A DNA stretch of 64,000 nt from assembly GCA_001002765.1 (NCBI GenBank), contig LCMS01000007.1:8170-72169 (forward strand). The letters are read 5' to 3'. Source of the stretch: Candidatus Uhrbacteria bacterium GW2011_GWE2_46_68. Lineage in GTDB: Bacteria; Patescibacteriota; Patescibacteriia; UBA9934; GWF2-40-263. This document shows, one piece after another, positions 30,631-40,232 of this stretch. The notes under the pieces were generated by a model. The model saw only the letters and a list, made by a program, of their open reading frames with translations, was not told where the DNA came from and did not search any database. Position 1 is the stretch's first letter. Every line of letters starts with the position of its first letter. Position numbers and translations under genes: made by a program.

Positions 30631-31915
30631 ATGTCTATGTCTCTTTTTCGACCAACTTTTGAATCCTCTCCCTCCGACACCCCTGCGGAGGCAGGGGTCC
30701 AGCGTACTTCGGCAAACTTCCACGAAGCCATCATGGATTCGATTTCAAGTGTTCGCGATTCTCTTCCCAAACAACACCGCGCGCACTTTGAAACTCTGCG
30801 TCAAGAGATCATCATTTTTACCGAGGTTCACGGGATTCCAAAAGAATCTCTTGGCAAGCCCGACCTCCTGCGCGAGGTGACCGGCAAACTCTCCACTTCA
30901 GATCTTGAGCGACTTGCCAATCTTCTCGAACGTTTTGAATATCTGCTTAAGAATGGGGAACCAAAGAAAGAAGAGATAGACCTTGTCAAAGCCATTGAGT
31001 ATGCAAAGGAGCATTATCATCTTCGTGAGCAATACGATTCTCAAGTAGAGCTTCTTGAGGAAGTGGGCATCCTTAAAGAAGGAGTCATCCTAGGCATAGA
31101 CGGTAACACCTATCCCATTCCCACCTTGGAACAAATAGCCGTCCGTCTTTTTGAACGACGTGAGACTCTCGAGACTAAACACAACCAAGGCTTTACCAAA
31201 CTCCTCCTCGTTCCCTTTGGCATGAGTCTTGATAGTCTCCAAGAAACACTCGAACAATTTCTTCTCGAGTACAAGAAGAATAATCCCTCCTTTAATCTAA
31301 ATATGGATGATCCTCTCTGCACATGGTCAGTATATCAAAGAGCAGACATCGGAGATTCCCCCAAGCTTGTCTATGAGCCACAGTCTTTTACAGAAGAAGG
31401 TCATGGGGGGAAGACAAAAGCACAGATACTCGAAGAACAATCCGAAGGACGATGGACCCCTGCCTTTGCAGGGGTGAAAGGAGAGAAGGGATTGGGAACC
31501 CCAGGTTGGACTGTTCATCTTCTCCAACCATCAAACCCGAACGAACAAGACATCGAAACTCCCAAAGGCTTTGCTCCCATTCCCAGAGAAGGACGGGGAA
31601 CACCTCAAGAAAATCTCGTCCCTCGACATCCCCTTGAAGCAGGTAAATCTCCCAATGAATATCTTTCCATTCTTCAAAATGCTCAAGGTGATAAAGACTC
31701 TCCCTATCATGGTGAAACAGGCATGACTCCCGAAGATTGGATCGAACCCCACAAACAAAGAATGTATCTCTTACCTTACAGGAGCTTTTTTTCGTTCCTC
31801 CATCGCTGTGCCTTGCATGTATTGGTGTCGCGGCAATCGTCAGGCCGACCTCGACAGGGATGATCCTCGTATTCGGGATGGGAACATTGGTTTGCGGTCT
31901 TCGGTGATCGTTTAA
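30631..31915 (+). pseudogene. tandem paralog 3; apparent frameshift near 31740-31765
   Basis: Matches paralog 2 through ...GETGMTPEDWI, then the frame slips relative to paralog 2. The conserved C-terminus (ISYLTGAFF...DDPRIRDGNIGLRSSVIV-stop at 31913-31915) continues in the +1 frame; the called ORF ends early at 31863. Confidence 0.5.
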
Positions 31916-31959
31916 TCTTTGATACGTATACGCATCGGTCATTGTTTAACTTTTCTCTT

Positions 31960-32751
31960 ATGCTTACCTTTGCCGCTTTTGTTCCGCATAGTCCGCTTCT
32001 TTTGAAAACTGTGGGAAAAGAGCACACACAAAAAGCCAAACAAACTCTCACTGCATTGCATACATTGGCTGATCGTCTGGAGGCTGCAAAACCGGATCTC
32101 ATCGTAATTATATCGGCTCATCAAGCCGCTCAACCCAAAGCATTCTCTGGAAACTTGAGCGAAACCTATCGAGCACATCTCGAAGCATTTGGCGATATGG
32201 GGACGCAAAAAAAATTCTCCGGAGATCCTGCATTTTTTGACAGTGTACAAAGACACTTGCGTAAGCAATCCATTCCTTTTGTTTTGCAAACATCGGAGGA
32301 TTTAGATCATGGGGCCAGTGTGCCTCTCTTGCTCCTCACAAAATCCTGGTTTTGCCCCCTTTTGCCGATTACCTATGCAAGCCAACTTTCCGTACGCGTA
32401 CACCGACAATTCGGATATGCGCTTAAAGATGAGGTGGTGAACTCTCCTAAACGGATTGCTCTCTTGGCTTCGGGTGATCTTTCTCATGCTCTACGCACCG
32501 AATCACCGGAAGGTTTCCATCAGGAAGGGATGCTGTTTGATGAAGCAGTGCAAGAGGCCGTTACTCATCAATCCATCTCTAAATTACTGGCACTCAAAAA
32601 AGAAGTGATTGAGCAATCAGTGCAATGTGCATATCGTCCGCTCCTCATACTTTTTGGACTTCTCGAACACATCCAAACAACACCGGAGATTCTTTCCTAC
32701 GAATCTCCTTTTGGTGTGGGATTTTTGACTGCGGATTTTCGTTTGGAATAA
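31960..32751 (+). CDS. class III extradiol dioxygenase family protein (LigB/DODA, YgiD-like)
   Basis: Start at ATG 31960. Motifs align with E. coli YgiD: FVPHSP (GHGSP), PDLIVIISAHQ (AIVVVSAHW), DLDHGASVP (GFDHGSWGV), LLASGDLSHAL (LVASGNVVHNL). Confidence 0.65.
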   Translation: MLTFAAFVPHSPLLLKTVGKEHTQKAKQTLTALHTLADRLEAAKPDLIVIISAHQAAQPKAFSGNLSETYRAHLEAFGDMGTQKKFSGDPAFFDSVQRHLRKQSIPFVLQTSEDLDHGASVPLLLLTKSWFCPLLPITYASQLSVRVHRQFGYALKDEVVNSPKRIALLASGDLSHALRTESPEGFHQEGMLFDEAVQEAVTHQSISKLLALKKEVIEQSVQCAYRPLLILFGLLEHIQTTPEILSYESPFGVGFLTADFRLE

Positions 32752-32753
32752 AA

Positions 32754-34592
32754 ATGCGTATGCCCTCTCTTGTTGCTCGTATTTATCCGATCCAGCGTAT
32801 GCCGAGAACATTCGGCATATTTGATTATGATGTGCCCGAAGGAATGTCCGTGACAAGAGGAGATGTGGTGATGATCCCCTTTCGCAAAACGATGATCTGT
32901 GGAGTGATAGCGGAAATCATCCAGGCAACCAAAAGTTCTTACGCACGCAAACCCATCCGTACAAAAATAGAAAATCTACATCTGTCACAAAATGAAATCG
33001 CATTTTTTGAATTCCTCGCCCACGATCTTGCTCAATCAGTTCCTTCGGTTTTGGATGCCGCTCTTCCCACTCCACCCAAACGAATATCAAGTCGCGGCTT
33101 GACTCTTCCATCCGAGCCCCTGCTGATTCCAAAATCCGAAGCGCCTATTGTCATGGAGATCGCCAAGCGTCTGGCGACAACATCTCAGGCCTTTGTGATG
33201 TCTCCGGATTTACGTCGCAGTGCTTCCATTATTGCCGCCTATGCAGGATCTCAAACAAAACGCGTGATCACGGTTATTGCACCAACCATCAAAGACGCTA
33301 CACTTCTTGCTTCTCATCTTCATCATCTTTCCCCTCTTTTGCTCACAGGGGAAGAAACCAATGCTTCGCGTTATCGTCTGTGGAGTGCCTGGCGCGCGCA
33401 GACAAGCGGCATGCTCATAGGAACGCGCCTGGCTTTGTTGCACACACATCCGGACCTTTCGACTATCTTTCTTGTGCGCTCAGGTCATGAACAACATAAA
33501 CAGTCTCATCGCAATCCTCGCTATGATGCCAGGCAAATCACTTTACAGTTCGCCAAGCAATCCCATATCTCTTTATATTTTCTCGATACTATTCCACTTG
33601 TAGACGACCTGGAAATTTTTAGCCGCGCCGACGTGATTGATCTTTTTGAAAAACCGGAAACTCGGATCATCTCTCTGACAAGATCCCCGCACCAACCTCA
33701 CCCGCTTCTTGCCTATCAAACAAGTGAACTCATGGAAGAGATGTTACGCCAAGGCAAACAGATCCTTTGCGTCTATAACAAAAAAGGCATGTCACGCCAA
33801 TTGCTTTGTCAGGATTGCGGCTATGATTTTCTCTGCGATAAATGTCTGCGTCCCTGTGTTCCCTATGAGCAAACTCTTCATTGTCCCGTTTGTCTTTCCA
33901 CTCGTCCCATACCCATGAGCTGTCCTTCATGTAAGGGCGTGCGACTGCAACCCAAAGGGTTTGGAAATCGCGCGCTTGTACAGGTTCTGAAATCTCTTTT
34001 TCCTGCGGCGACTGTGACACGTGTGGACAGTGACGAACCTTCTCCGGCCATGAACGCTTCATTGCTTTTGGTCACGGATTATTATTTGGAACATTTTTTT
34101 GATGCCTTTCATCCGCCTGCACTTGGATGTGTTATAAAACTGGATACAGATCTTCTTCTTACTTCTCCATCATTTCGCGCCACCGAGCAGGCCATGCGCT
34201 CTTTGGAAGACTGGCGCGGAATAGCACGCGCGTGCAAGGCAACCTTTATCGCACAAACACGTCACAGTGAACTGATGGAAGAATGGCTTTCTCATCCCTA
34301 TCGCGTTCATCAAAAAGAACGATCGTTTCGACTGATGTTCGGTCATCCTCCTTTTGAGCGCTGGATGAAGGTGGAATATAAAACCGCTAAAGATCAAAAT
34401 CGCGAACAAGCTCTTCTTGAATTGCAAAAATCTCTTCGTTGTCTTGATCCCGCTCCTCACATCATCAAACGAAAAAAAGGTGTACAATTTTATTTGGAAG
34501 TTTGTTGCCCTTTATCTTCTGTTCCTTCCGTTTTATCAATCTTTTCAAAACTTCCGGATGCTTACATCATTGACACCAACCCGCTTTTTTGA
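32754..34592 (+). CDS. priA: primosomal protein N' (PriA-like; degenerate helicase motifs)
   Basis: Start at ATG 32754, right after the dioxygenase stop. N-terminal 3'-DNA-binding-like domain and the PriA Cys-rich zinc region (CQDCGYDFLCDKC...CPVC...CPSC); Walker A not evident. Confidence 0.6.
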   Translation: MRMPSLVARIYPIQRMPRTFGIFDYDVPEGMSVTRGDVVMIPFRKTMICGVIAEIIQATKSSYARKPIRTKIENLHLSQNEIAFFEFLAHDLAQSVPSVLDAALPTPPKRISSRGLTLPSEPLLIPKSEAPIVMEIAKRLATTSQAFVMSPDLRRSASIIAAYAGSQTKRVITVIAPTIKDATLLASHLHHLSPLLLTGEETNASRYRLWSAWRAQTSGMLIGTRLALLHTHPDLSTIFLVRSGHEQHKQSHRNPRYDARQITLQFAKQSHISLYFLDTIPLVDDLEIFSRADVIDLFEKPETRIISLTRSPHQPHPLLAYQTSELMEEMLRQGKQILCVYNKKGMSRQLLCQDCGYDFLCDKCLRPCVPYEQTLHCPVCLSTRPIPMSCPSCKGVRLQPKGFGNRALVQVLKSLFPAATVTRVDSDEPSPAMNASLLLVTDYYLEHFFDAFHPPALGCVIKLDTDLLLTSPSFRATEQAMRSLEDWRGIARACKATFIAQTRHSELMEEWLSHPYRVHQKERSFRLMFGHPPFERWMKVEYKTAKDQNREQALLELQKSLRCLDPAPHIIKRKKGVQFYLEVCCPLSSVPSVLSIFSKLPDAYIIDTNPLF

Positions 34593-34608
34593 TTTTCTAT
34601 ACTTCTCT

Positions 34609-35082
34609 ATGAGCACGCTTTCCATCGTCATCCACCCCAATCCGATTCTCCACCACATGGCAAAACCCATGAACCTTTCCGAGATACAAAATCCGTCTTT
34701 TCAGAAACTTCTCGATGATATGATAGAGACGATGTTTGCCGCACAAGGCATTGGATTGGCTGCCCCGCAAATTGGCATTTCAAAACGCATAATCATTGTC
34801 CAGATGGGACAAAAATCCGAGGCTTTTATCAATCCAGAAATAGTGGGTCATTCTTGGCGAACGCTTTGGTATGAAGAAGGATGTTTATCCGTACCCGGTG
34901 TCTATGGAAAAGTGAAGCGCTTTCGCGGAGTAAAAATTCACGCGTGGATGCGTGATGGAAAAGAAATCACTCTTGATGTTGCCGGACTTCCTGCCATTAT
35001 TTTTCAACATGAGATGGATCACTTGAACGGTATTTTATTTATCGAAAAAGCCAAGTCGCTCAGTGATAAACGAACGGAATAA
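34609..35082 (+). CDS. def: peptide deformylase
   Basis: Motifs GIGLAAPQIG, EGCLSVPG, QHEMDHLNG; start at MSTLSIV. Confidence 0.93.
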   Translation: MSTLSIVIHPNPILHHMAKPMNLSEIQNPSFQKLLDDMIETMFAAQGIGLAAPQIGISKRIIIVQMGQKSEAFINPEIVGHSWRTLWYEEGCLSVPGVYGKVKRFRGVKIHAWMRDGKEITLDVAGLPAIIFQHEMDHLNGILFIEKAKSLSDKRTE

Positions 35083-35083
35083 T

Positions 35084-36025
35084 ATGCGTATTGTCTTTTT
35101 TGGAACTCCGACGTTTGCTCTTCCCTTTCTTCTTGATCTTACCCAAGACAAAGAAATCGAAGTTGTAGGTGTGGTGACCCAACCGGATAAACCGGCGGAT
35201 CGCGGACAAAAACCCCATACCTCTCCGGTAAAAGTATTGGCGCAAAAACATAACATCCAGGTCTTTGATTTTTCCTCTCTTAAAACTCCTGAGGTTGTTT
35301 CTTCTCTTGGGGCGCTTCAAGCGGATGCCTTTGTGGTTGTGGCCTATGGAAAAATCATTCCAAAAACCCTGTTGTCGCTGGCTCGTCTTGGGTGCATCAA
35401 TGTGCATCCTTCTCTTTTACCCCGTCATCGCGGACCTTCCCCTATGCCTTGGACGATCTTGGAAAATGATCTGGTGGGAGGAGTGACAATTATGCAATTG
35501 GATGAAGGGATGGATACGGGTCCTCTACTCACGCAAGAACAAATCCCCATTGATCCGAACGAAACCGTGGAAACGTTACAAGCCAAAATCCATTTGATCG
35601 GTCCTGATCTGCTCATAAAAACTCTTAAACTTTTTGCCTCCGGAGCCATACATCCTCAACCTCAAGATCCTGCAAAAGCCACGGTGACCAAGTTGCTTCA
35701 AAAAGAAGATGGAAAGATACATTGGGAACAGTCAGCAAAAACATTGGAGCGCCTCTGGCGCGCCTATGAACCTTGGCCCGGCATGTGGACCACGTGGACG
35801 CGAAAAGGAAAAACATTGAGACTCCTTTTAAAAAATGTCTCTGTTGTGGCAAAGTCTTGTGAAACCCCCGGACGCGTACACACCACAAAAGAAGGCGATC
35901 TCTTTGTGGAAACCGGGGATGGATATCTGGAAATTCATCATCTGCAACCAGAAGGAAAATCTATCATGAGTGCGGAAGCGTTTGTCCGAGGGCATCGAGA
36001 TATTGATGGTGTGGTGCTTTCATAA
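35084..36025 (+). CDS. fmt: methionyl-tRNA formyltransferase
   Basis: Start at MRIVFFGTP; formyltransferase N-domain (HPSLLPRHRG) plus C-terminal domain; follows def. Confidence 0.93.
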   Translation: MRIVFFGTPTFALPFLLDLTQDKEIEVVGVVTQPDKPADRGQKPHTSPVKVLAQKHNIQVFDFSSLKTPEVVSSLGALQADAFVVVAYGKIIPKTLLSLARLGCINVHPSLLPRHRGPSPMPWTILENDLVGGVTIMQLDEGMDTGPLLTQEQIPIDPNETVETLQAKIHLIGPDLLIKTLKLFASGAIHPQPQDPAKATVTKLLQKEDGKIHWEQSAKTLERLWRAYEPWPGMWTTWTRKGKTLRLLLKNVSVVAKSCETPGRVHTTKEGDLFVETGDGYLEIHHLQPEGKSIMSAEAFVRGHRDIDGVVLS

Positions 36026-36060
36026 AAAAATCCCCGATCTTTGTCGGGGATTTTTTTATT
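36026..36060. terminator. bidirectional Rho-independent terminator
   Basis: A-run, atccccgatc-tt-tgtcggggat hairpin, T7 run; between convergent fmt (+) and the Wzy/WaaL-like gene (-). Confidence 0.7.
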
Positions 36061-37594
36061 CAAAACGGATTGAGCCAAGAACAGGAGAGGTTTGCGTTTG
36101 AGGACGCGCCTCTTTTTTTGCACACACGCGTGTGGGTTGCTTTGTGAAAGGGATTTCGAGAAACGGTGCAAGGAAAAGAAGAAACCCTATTCCCAGAGGA
36201 TGATTGAGATAGGGAGAAAATATATGAATCGTGTAAAGCAAGGCAAGAGAAGCCAGACCCCCAATCGCTAGCCAACGCGCAGGTTGTGCCAAAAGAGGTA
36301 TGAGACCACGAATAACGACATACGCGATCCAGAGAAACACCAAGGGCCCCAGAATGCCCATCTTAAGCCATAGCTCCAACCACCCCCATTCCATGGCATA
36401 GGTGGTCCAAATTTTGTCTCCGGTTACGGCTTCCGCGCGCGGGTCATCGGTTTCAAAAGAAACGGTTTTTCCAAACCCCGATCCTAAAATCGGATGCTCT
36501 TTGATGGTTTGCCACATGGGATCTAATAATTTCCAACGACTGGAGATCGCCGCGTCTTGTGTACTTCCCGCGCGAGAAGAAAACATGTCTGCCCAGTCCC
36601 CCGCTTGCCCATGCAGATAAGAAACGGGAAGAAAAAGAGCTGTAGCTAAAAAAATCAACCCGAATATTTTTGAGAGAGCATGCCAACCGATTGCCGGAAA
36701 GATTTGTTTGAGAGAAACGGATTTGGAAAAAAAGAGAGCGAGAACAAACGTACACATACCGACAAAAAGTCCAACCAAATAACTGCGAGAAAGACTGACG
36801 AGCAAGGTGGCGATACTGATTCCCTGTACGCTTGCAAAAATGACCCCTTCTTTCCAAGATACAGAGCGGAGCCAGAAAAAAGGTGCAAGGAATAAAAGAA
36901 GAAAAAGAAGATAAATTTGAGAGGGAAGAAAAACACGAAAAATGGCATCCGTCATTTTTGTGATTTCGGCAAGCCTTGTATCGCGTAAAAATGCATAGGT
37001 ATTGACGAGCATCCATTCGGGCGTATGACTGAAAATAAAAACGATGCCCAGAGTGAGAAATCCCACCCAAAGGCTCGCCGCAACAAAGACTTGAATCCAC
37101 TGATGCTTTTGTAAACTTTTCCAAGGGATGGAAAGAAGCGGAAGAAAATAGAGTGTATAAAAATACGCGTTCCCGTCTTGCAGAGCTGTTGTGATATCAC
37201 CGCGCAAAAGAAAGGATTGACCTAACGCGCAAAGCGCCAAAAAAAATAATCCAGTAAAAGGAAAAAATAAGGGGTGATGAAAAGAAAGGGAAACCTTCTG
37301 TCTTAGATATTGAACGGTCCAGGCAAAAAGAACGGCTCCAAAAATCACCATGCGTAAAGAAATTCCATGGAATTCTATGAGATGACCGTGAGAAAAAGCG
37401 ATCAATTCCGCCAGTGCCACAAAAAGTCCTATTTCCGGTTTCCAAAGACTGAAAGCAAAGACACTTCCTCCGATGGCGATAAGGAGAAGAAGAGACAGTG
37501 TTGGGAAAAAATACGCGGGAATGGCAAAAAGAAAAACCAATGCGATGCCAATCAAAGTCCGCCAAAATGTTTTTCCAAAAAATTGTTTCCACAT
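36056..37594 (-). CDS. O-antigen ligase/polymerase-like (Wzy_C) multi-TM protein
   Basis: 512 aa; ~12 TM helices with a large periplasmic loop, as in the WaaL/Wzy family; first gene downstream of the glycosyltransferases. Confidence 0.6.
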   Translation of the reverse strand: MWKQFFGKTFWRTLIGIALVFLFAIPAYFFPTLSLLLLIAIGGSVFAFSLWKPEIGLFVALAELIAFSHGHLIEFHGISLRMVIFGAVLFAWTVQYLRQKVSLSFHHPLFFPFTGLFFLALCALGQSFLLRGDITTALQDGNAYFYTLYFLPLLSIPWKSLQKHQWIQVFVAASLWVGFLTLGIVFIFSHTPEWMLVNTYAFLRDTRLAEITKMTDAIFRVFLPSQIYLLFLLLFLAPFFWLRSVSWKEGVIFASVQGISIATLLVSLSRSYLVGLFVGMCTFVLALFFSKSVSLKQIFPAIGWHALSKIFGLIFLATALFLPVSYLHGQAGDWADMFSSRAGSTQDAAISSRWKLLDPMWQTIKEHPILGSGFGKTVSFETDDPRAEAVTGDKIWTTYAMEWGWLELWLKMGILGPLVFLWIAYVVIRGLIPLLAQPARWLAIGGLASLALLYTIHIFSPYLNHPLGIGFLLFLAPFLEIPFTKQPTRVCAKKEARPQTQTSPVLGSIRFE

Positions 37595-37595
37595 A

Positions 37596-38438
37596 TCAGC
37601 GTGGTTTTATGATACTCGCCATCAAAGCGAGAAGAATAAAAAATGGTTCTCCTAAGGTAAATAATGTCCAGGCAATGATTCCTTTGTGCCTGCGCATGTA
37701 CCGACGAAGACTCTGCCGAATCATAGCTTGTTTTTTCACGGTCAATATTTTCTCAAAACTGCTTCCGCCTTTATGTATGGCGGAAATCTGGGAAAAATAA
37801 TAGGTGAGCCATCCGTGATCATACGCACGCTTGGCAAAGTCCACCTCCTCATACCACATAAAAAACTTTTCATCGAGAAGGCCGATCTCTTCCAAAACGT
37901 TCCGACGAATACAAAAAAACGCACCCATGACCTGATCCACCTTTGCATCTTTTGAGTAATCAAAATTTTTCATGGTCCAAGCGTCTATGGCATGACAATG
38001 AAACAGATGAGGAATCTTGGAAAGGACAAGGAGCTGATCCCAAACACCGGGAAATCTCCAGACACATTTTTGCTGAGTCCTATCTTCATACAAAAGACAA
38101 ATGCCCCCGATCCCCACTTTGGGATGTTGTTGCATGGCATCTTCTATTTGATAAAGAGCATTCGATTGAAAACGAATATCCGGATTTACAAGCACACAAA
38201 ACTCTCCTGTTGCCAAACGCAGCGCCATATTACATCCACCGGCAAATCCACGATTTCTCACACTATAAAGAAATGTCACCTGTGGGAACTGTGATTCAAG
38301 AGAAGAAAGATCATCTCCGGAATTATTTTCCACCACAAATACCTCCACTCGATCATCTTGATGGTACTTGAAAAGCGAGATGAGCATGCGCTCAAGATGA
38401 GAAGCGGTTTTATAATTGACCGTGATCACGGAAAGCAT
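37596..38438 (-). CDS. family 2 glycosyltransferase
   Basis: N-terminal SVITVNYK..., DxD-like region, GT-A fold. Confidence 0.8.
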   Translation of the reverse strand: MLSVITVNYKTASHLERMLISLFKYHQDDRVEVFVVENNSGDDLSSLESQFPQVTFLYSVRNRGFAGGCNMALRLATGEFCVLVNPDIRFQSNALYQIEDAMQQHPKVGIGGICLLYEDRTQQKCVWRFPGVWDQLLVLSKIPHLFHCHAIDAWTMKNFDYSKDAKVDQVMGAFFCIRRNVLEEIGLLDEKFFMWYEEVDFAKRAYDHGWLTYYFSQISAIHKGGSSFEKILTVKKQAMIRQSLRRYMRRHKGIIAWTLFTLGEPFFILLALMASIIKPR

Positions 38439-38439
38439 A

Positions 38440-39144
38440 CTAGAGATGATGTTTTTCTTTAATCACTCCTTTTCCGGTTTCATATCGACGACGCGCTTCT
38501 TTTTTCCATCGCAGCAAACGCCATGGCCAACGATACATGAATGCCGGCATCCAATGGGAAATCCCTCCGCGTTTTCCATCTACCTGCACACAAAAAAGTA
38601 CTTCGGGAATGAAGACCCCCGTCTTCCCCACCTCAAGCATCGCAAGCCAGACATCCCAATCCTGAAATTTTTTGATAGCAGGATCAAACCCCGGAAAATC
38701 AGAACGACGTATAAGAGAACTCGTGTGAATATAATTCATGTGACGTAAGCGAACGGGATCAAAAGGAAAGCTGCGAAATATCTTCCATCCGAAACGAAAA
38801 GAAGAATACGCAAAAGACGCTCCGGGATGATCTAAAAGCGCGCGTTCCATTTTTTCCAACATGGTGGACTGTAACACAACATCTGCATCACAAAATAAAA
38901 TGAACTCCCCTGTTGAAGCCTGAAAACCTCGTGTCCGCGCCGCTTGTTCTCCTTGATTCTCTTGATACATCGAAATAATGCGATGCCGATAAGGAATAAG
39001 AGCCTCTTGTGTATTATCGACCGATCCGTCATCCACCACAATGATTTCATCAGGTAGACGTGTTTGGGAACACAAACTCTTCAGGCATTCCCCGATGACG
39101 AAACCGTGTTGATAGGTGGGAATAATTACGGAAAGACGCTTCAT
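38440..39144 (-). CDS. family 2 glycosyltransferase
   Basis: LSVIIPTYQ..., VVDDGSVDNT, CDADV motifs. Confidence 0.8.
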   Translation of the reverse strand: MKRLSVIIPTYQHGFVIGECLKSLCSQTRLPDEIIVVDDGSVDNTQEALIPYRHRIISMYQENQGEQAARTRGFQASTGEFILFCDADVVLQSTMLEKMERALLDHPGASFAYSSFRFGWKIFRSFPFDPVRLRHMNYIHTSSLIRRSDFPGFDPAIKKFQDWDVWLAMLEVGKTGVFIPEVLFCVQVDGKRGGISHWMPAFMYRWPWRLLRWKKEARRRYETGKGVIKEKHHL

Positions 39145-40232
39145 AAAAACGGTTCCAATTTTTTAAACTGTTTGGCAGCGATATATTCGTGACAAACTCG
39201 TTGTTTCGCTTTCTCCCCCATGGCCTGTCTCTTTTCCGGATGGAATAAAAAATCTTTGATGCTTGCGCAAAGCGCCTCTATGTCTCCTGAGGAAATGAGC
39301 ACTCCGGTTTCTTGATCCAAAACAGCCTCGCCTACTCCGGATATGCGCGTGGCAATGGCGGGAAGGCCTTGAGACGCCGCCTCGATATACACGATACCAA
39401 ATCCTTCTTTGTCCTGAGGATCATCCACAACAGGCATGACAAAAAGATCAGATTGGCTGTAAGCGACAAGAATTTGTTCATCCGTGGCTTGAGGATAAAA
39501 ATGAACGATGTCTTCCAGATTTTCTGCGACGACAAATGCTTTCAGGGATGTTGCTTCCGGTCCATCGCCATAGATATTATACGTAAACGAAAAAATTCCT
39601 TCTTTACGCAATCGTTTAAGCGCTTCTAAAACTAAACGATGTCCTTTGCGTGGAACAAGACGACTCACGGTCATCAAACGTAAAACCGAAGGATCAGACG
39701 GCGTGGCACGCGGTGTTTCAACAAAAAAAATAGGATCTACGCAAGGATACATAACTTCAAGATGTCGCAGGTGAACATGTTGTTGCACTTCTTGTGCAAG
39801 AGCCTGCGAATTCACGATCACGCATTTTGCTCGAGAAAGAATCTTACGTGCAAGAAAACGTTTGAATGGATGGTGAAATGCCAATCGCATATCCATCCCG
39901 TGCAAGATCACCAGATAAGGTTTGTGCGTGATGAAGGAAGAAATCCATGCGGCTGTTCCAAGCGGTAATAGATGACTCACAAGAACTTGTTGATACTCTT
40001 TTCGTTTTTTCCAGAGAATCCAAATCGAACGAATCCAGTGAGGCCAAAAAAGAGAGAAAAGGAGCGGTTGCCGTATAAGAGTAAAAGGATAATGCGGATC
40101 TGATTCATTTGTGGGAGGAGCAATCACAAAAAGACGATCAGAAAAAAACGTTGCAAGATGAGAAAGATAACGTGCCACTCCTCCTCTGTTGGGAGGAAAA
40201 TCGAGAGTGATCAATACGGTTTTATTCAACAT
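39141..40232 (-). CDS. family 4 (GT-B) glycosyltransferase
   Basis: EGFGIVYIEAASQGLPAIAT (E-x7-E region) typical of GT4. Confidence 0.8.
   Translation of the reverse strand: MLNKTVLITLDFPPNRGGVARYLSHLATFFSDRLFVIAPPTNESDPHYPFTLIRQPLLFSLFWPHWIRSIWILWKKRKEYQQVLVSHLLPLGTAAWISSFITHKPYLVILHGMDMRLAFHHPFKRFLARKILSRAKCVIVNSQALAQEVQQHVHLRHLEVMYPCVDPIFFVETPRATPSDPSVLRLMTVSRLVPRKGHRLVLEALKRLRKEGIFSFTYNIYGDGPEATSLKAFVVAENLEDIVHFYPQATDEQILVAYSQSDLFVMPVVDDPQDKEGFGIVYIEAASQGLPAIATRISGVGEAVLDQETGVLISSGDIEALCASIKDFLFHPEKRQAMGEKAKQRVCHEYIAAKQFKKLEPFL

Noticed and set aside
27776-31915. Possible CRISPR array or other repeat array, given the ~1.4-kb periodic similarity
   Set aside because: The repeats are full protein-coding paralogs. 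There are no short direct repeats with unique spacers, and no cas genes in the window.
32625-32753. Upstream extension of the priA ORF
   Set aside because: It overlaps the dioxygenase gene and has no conservation. The start at ATG 32754 directly follows the upstream stop.
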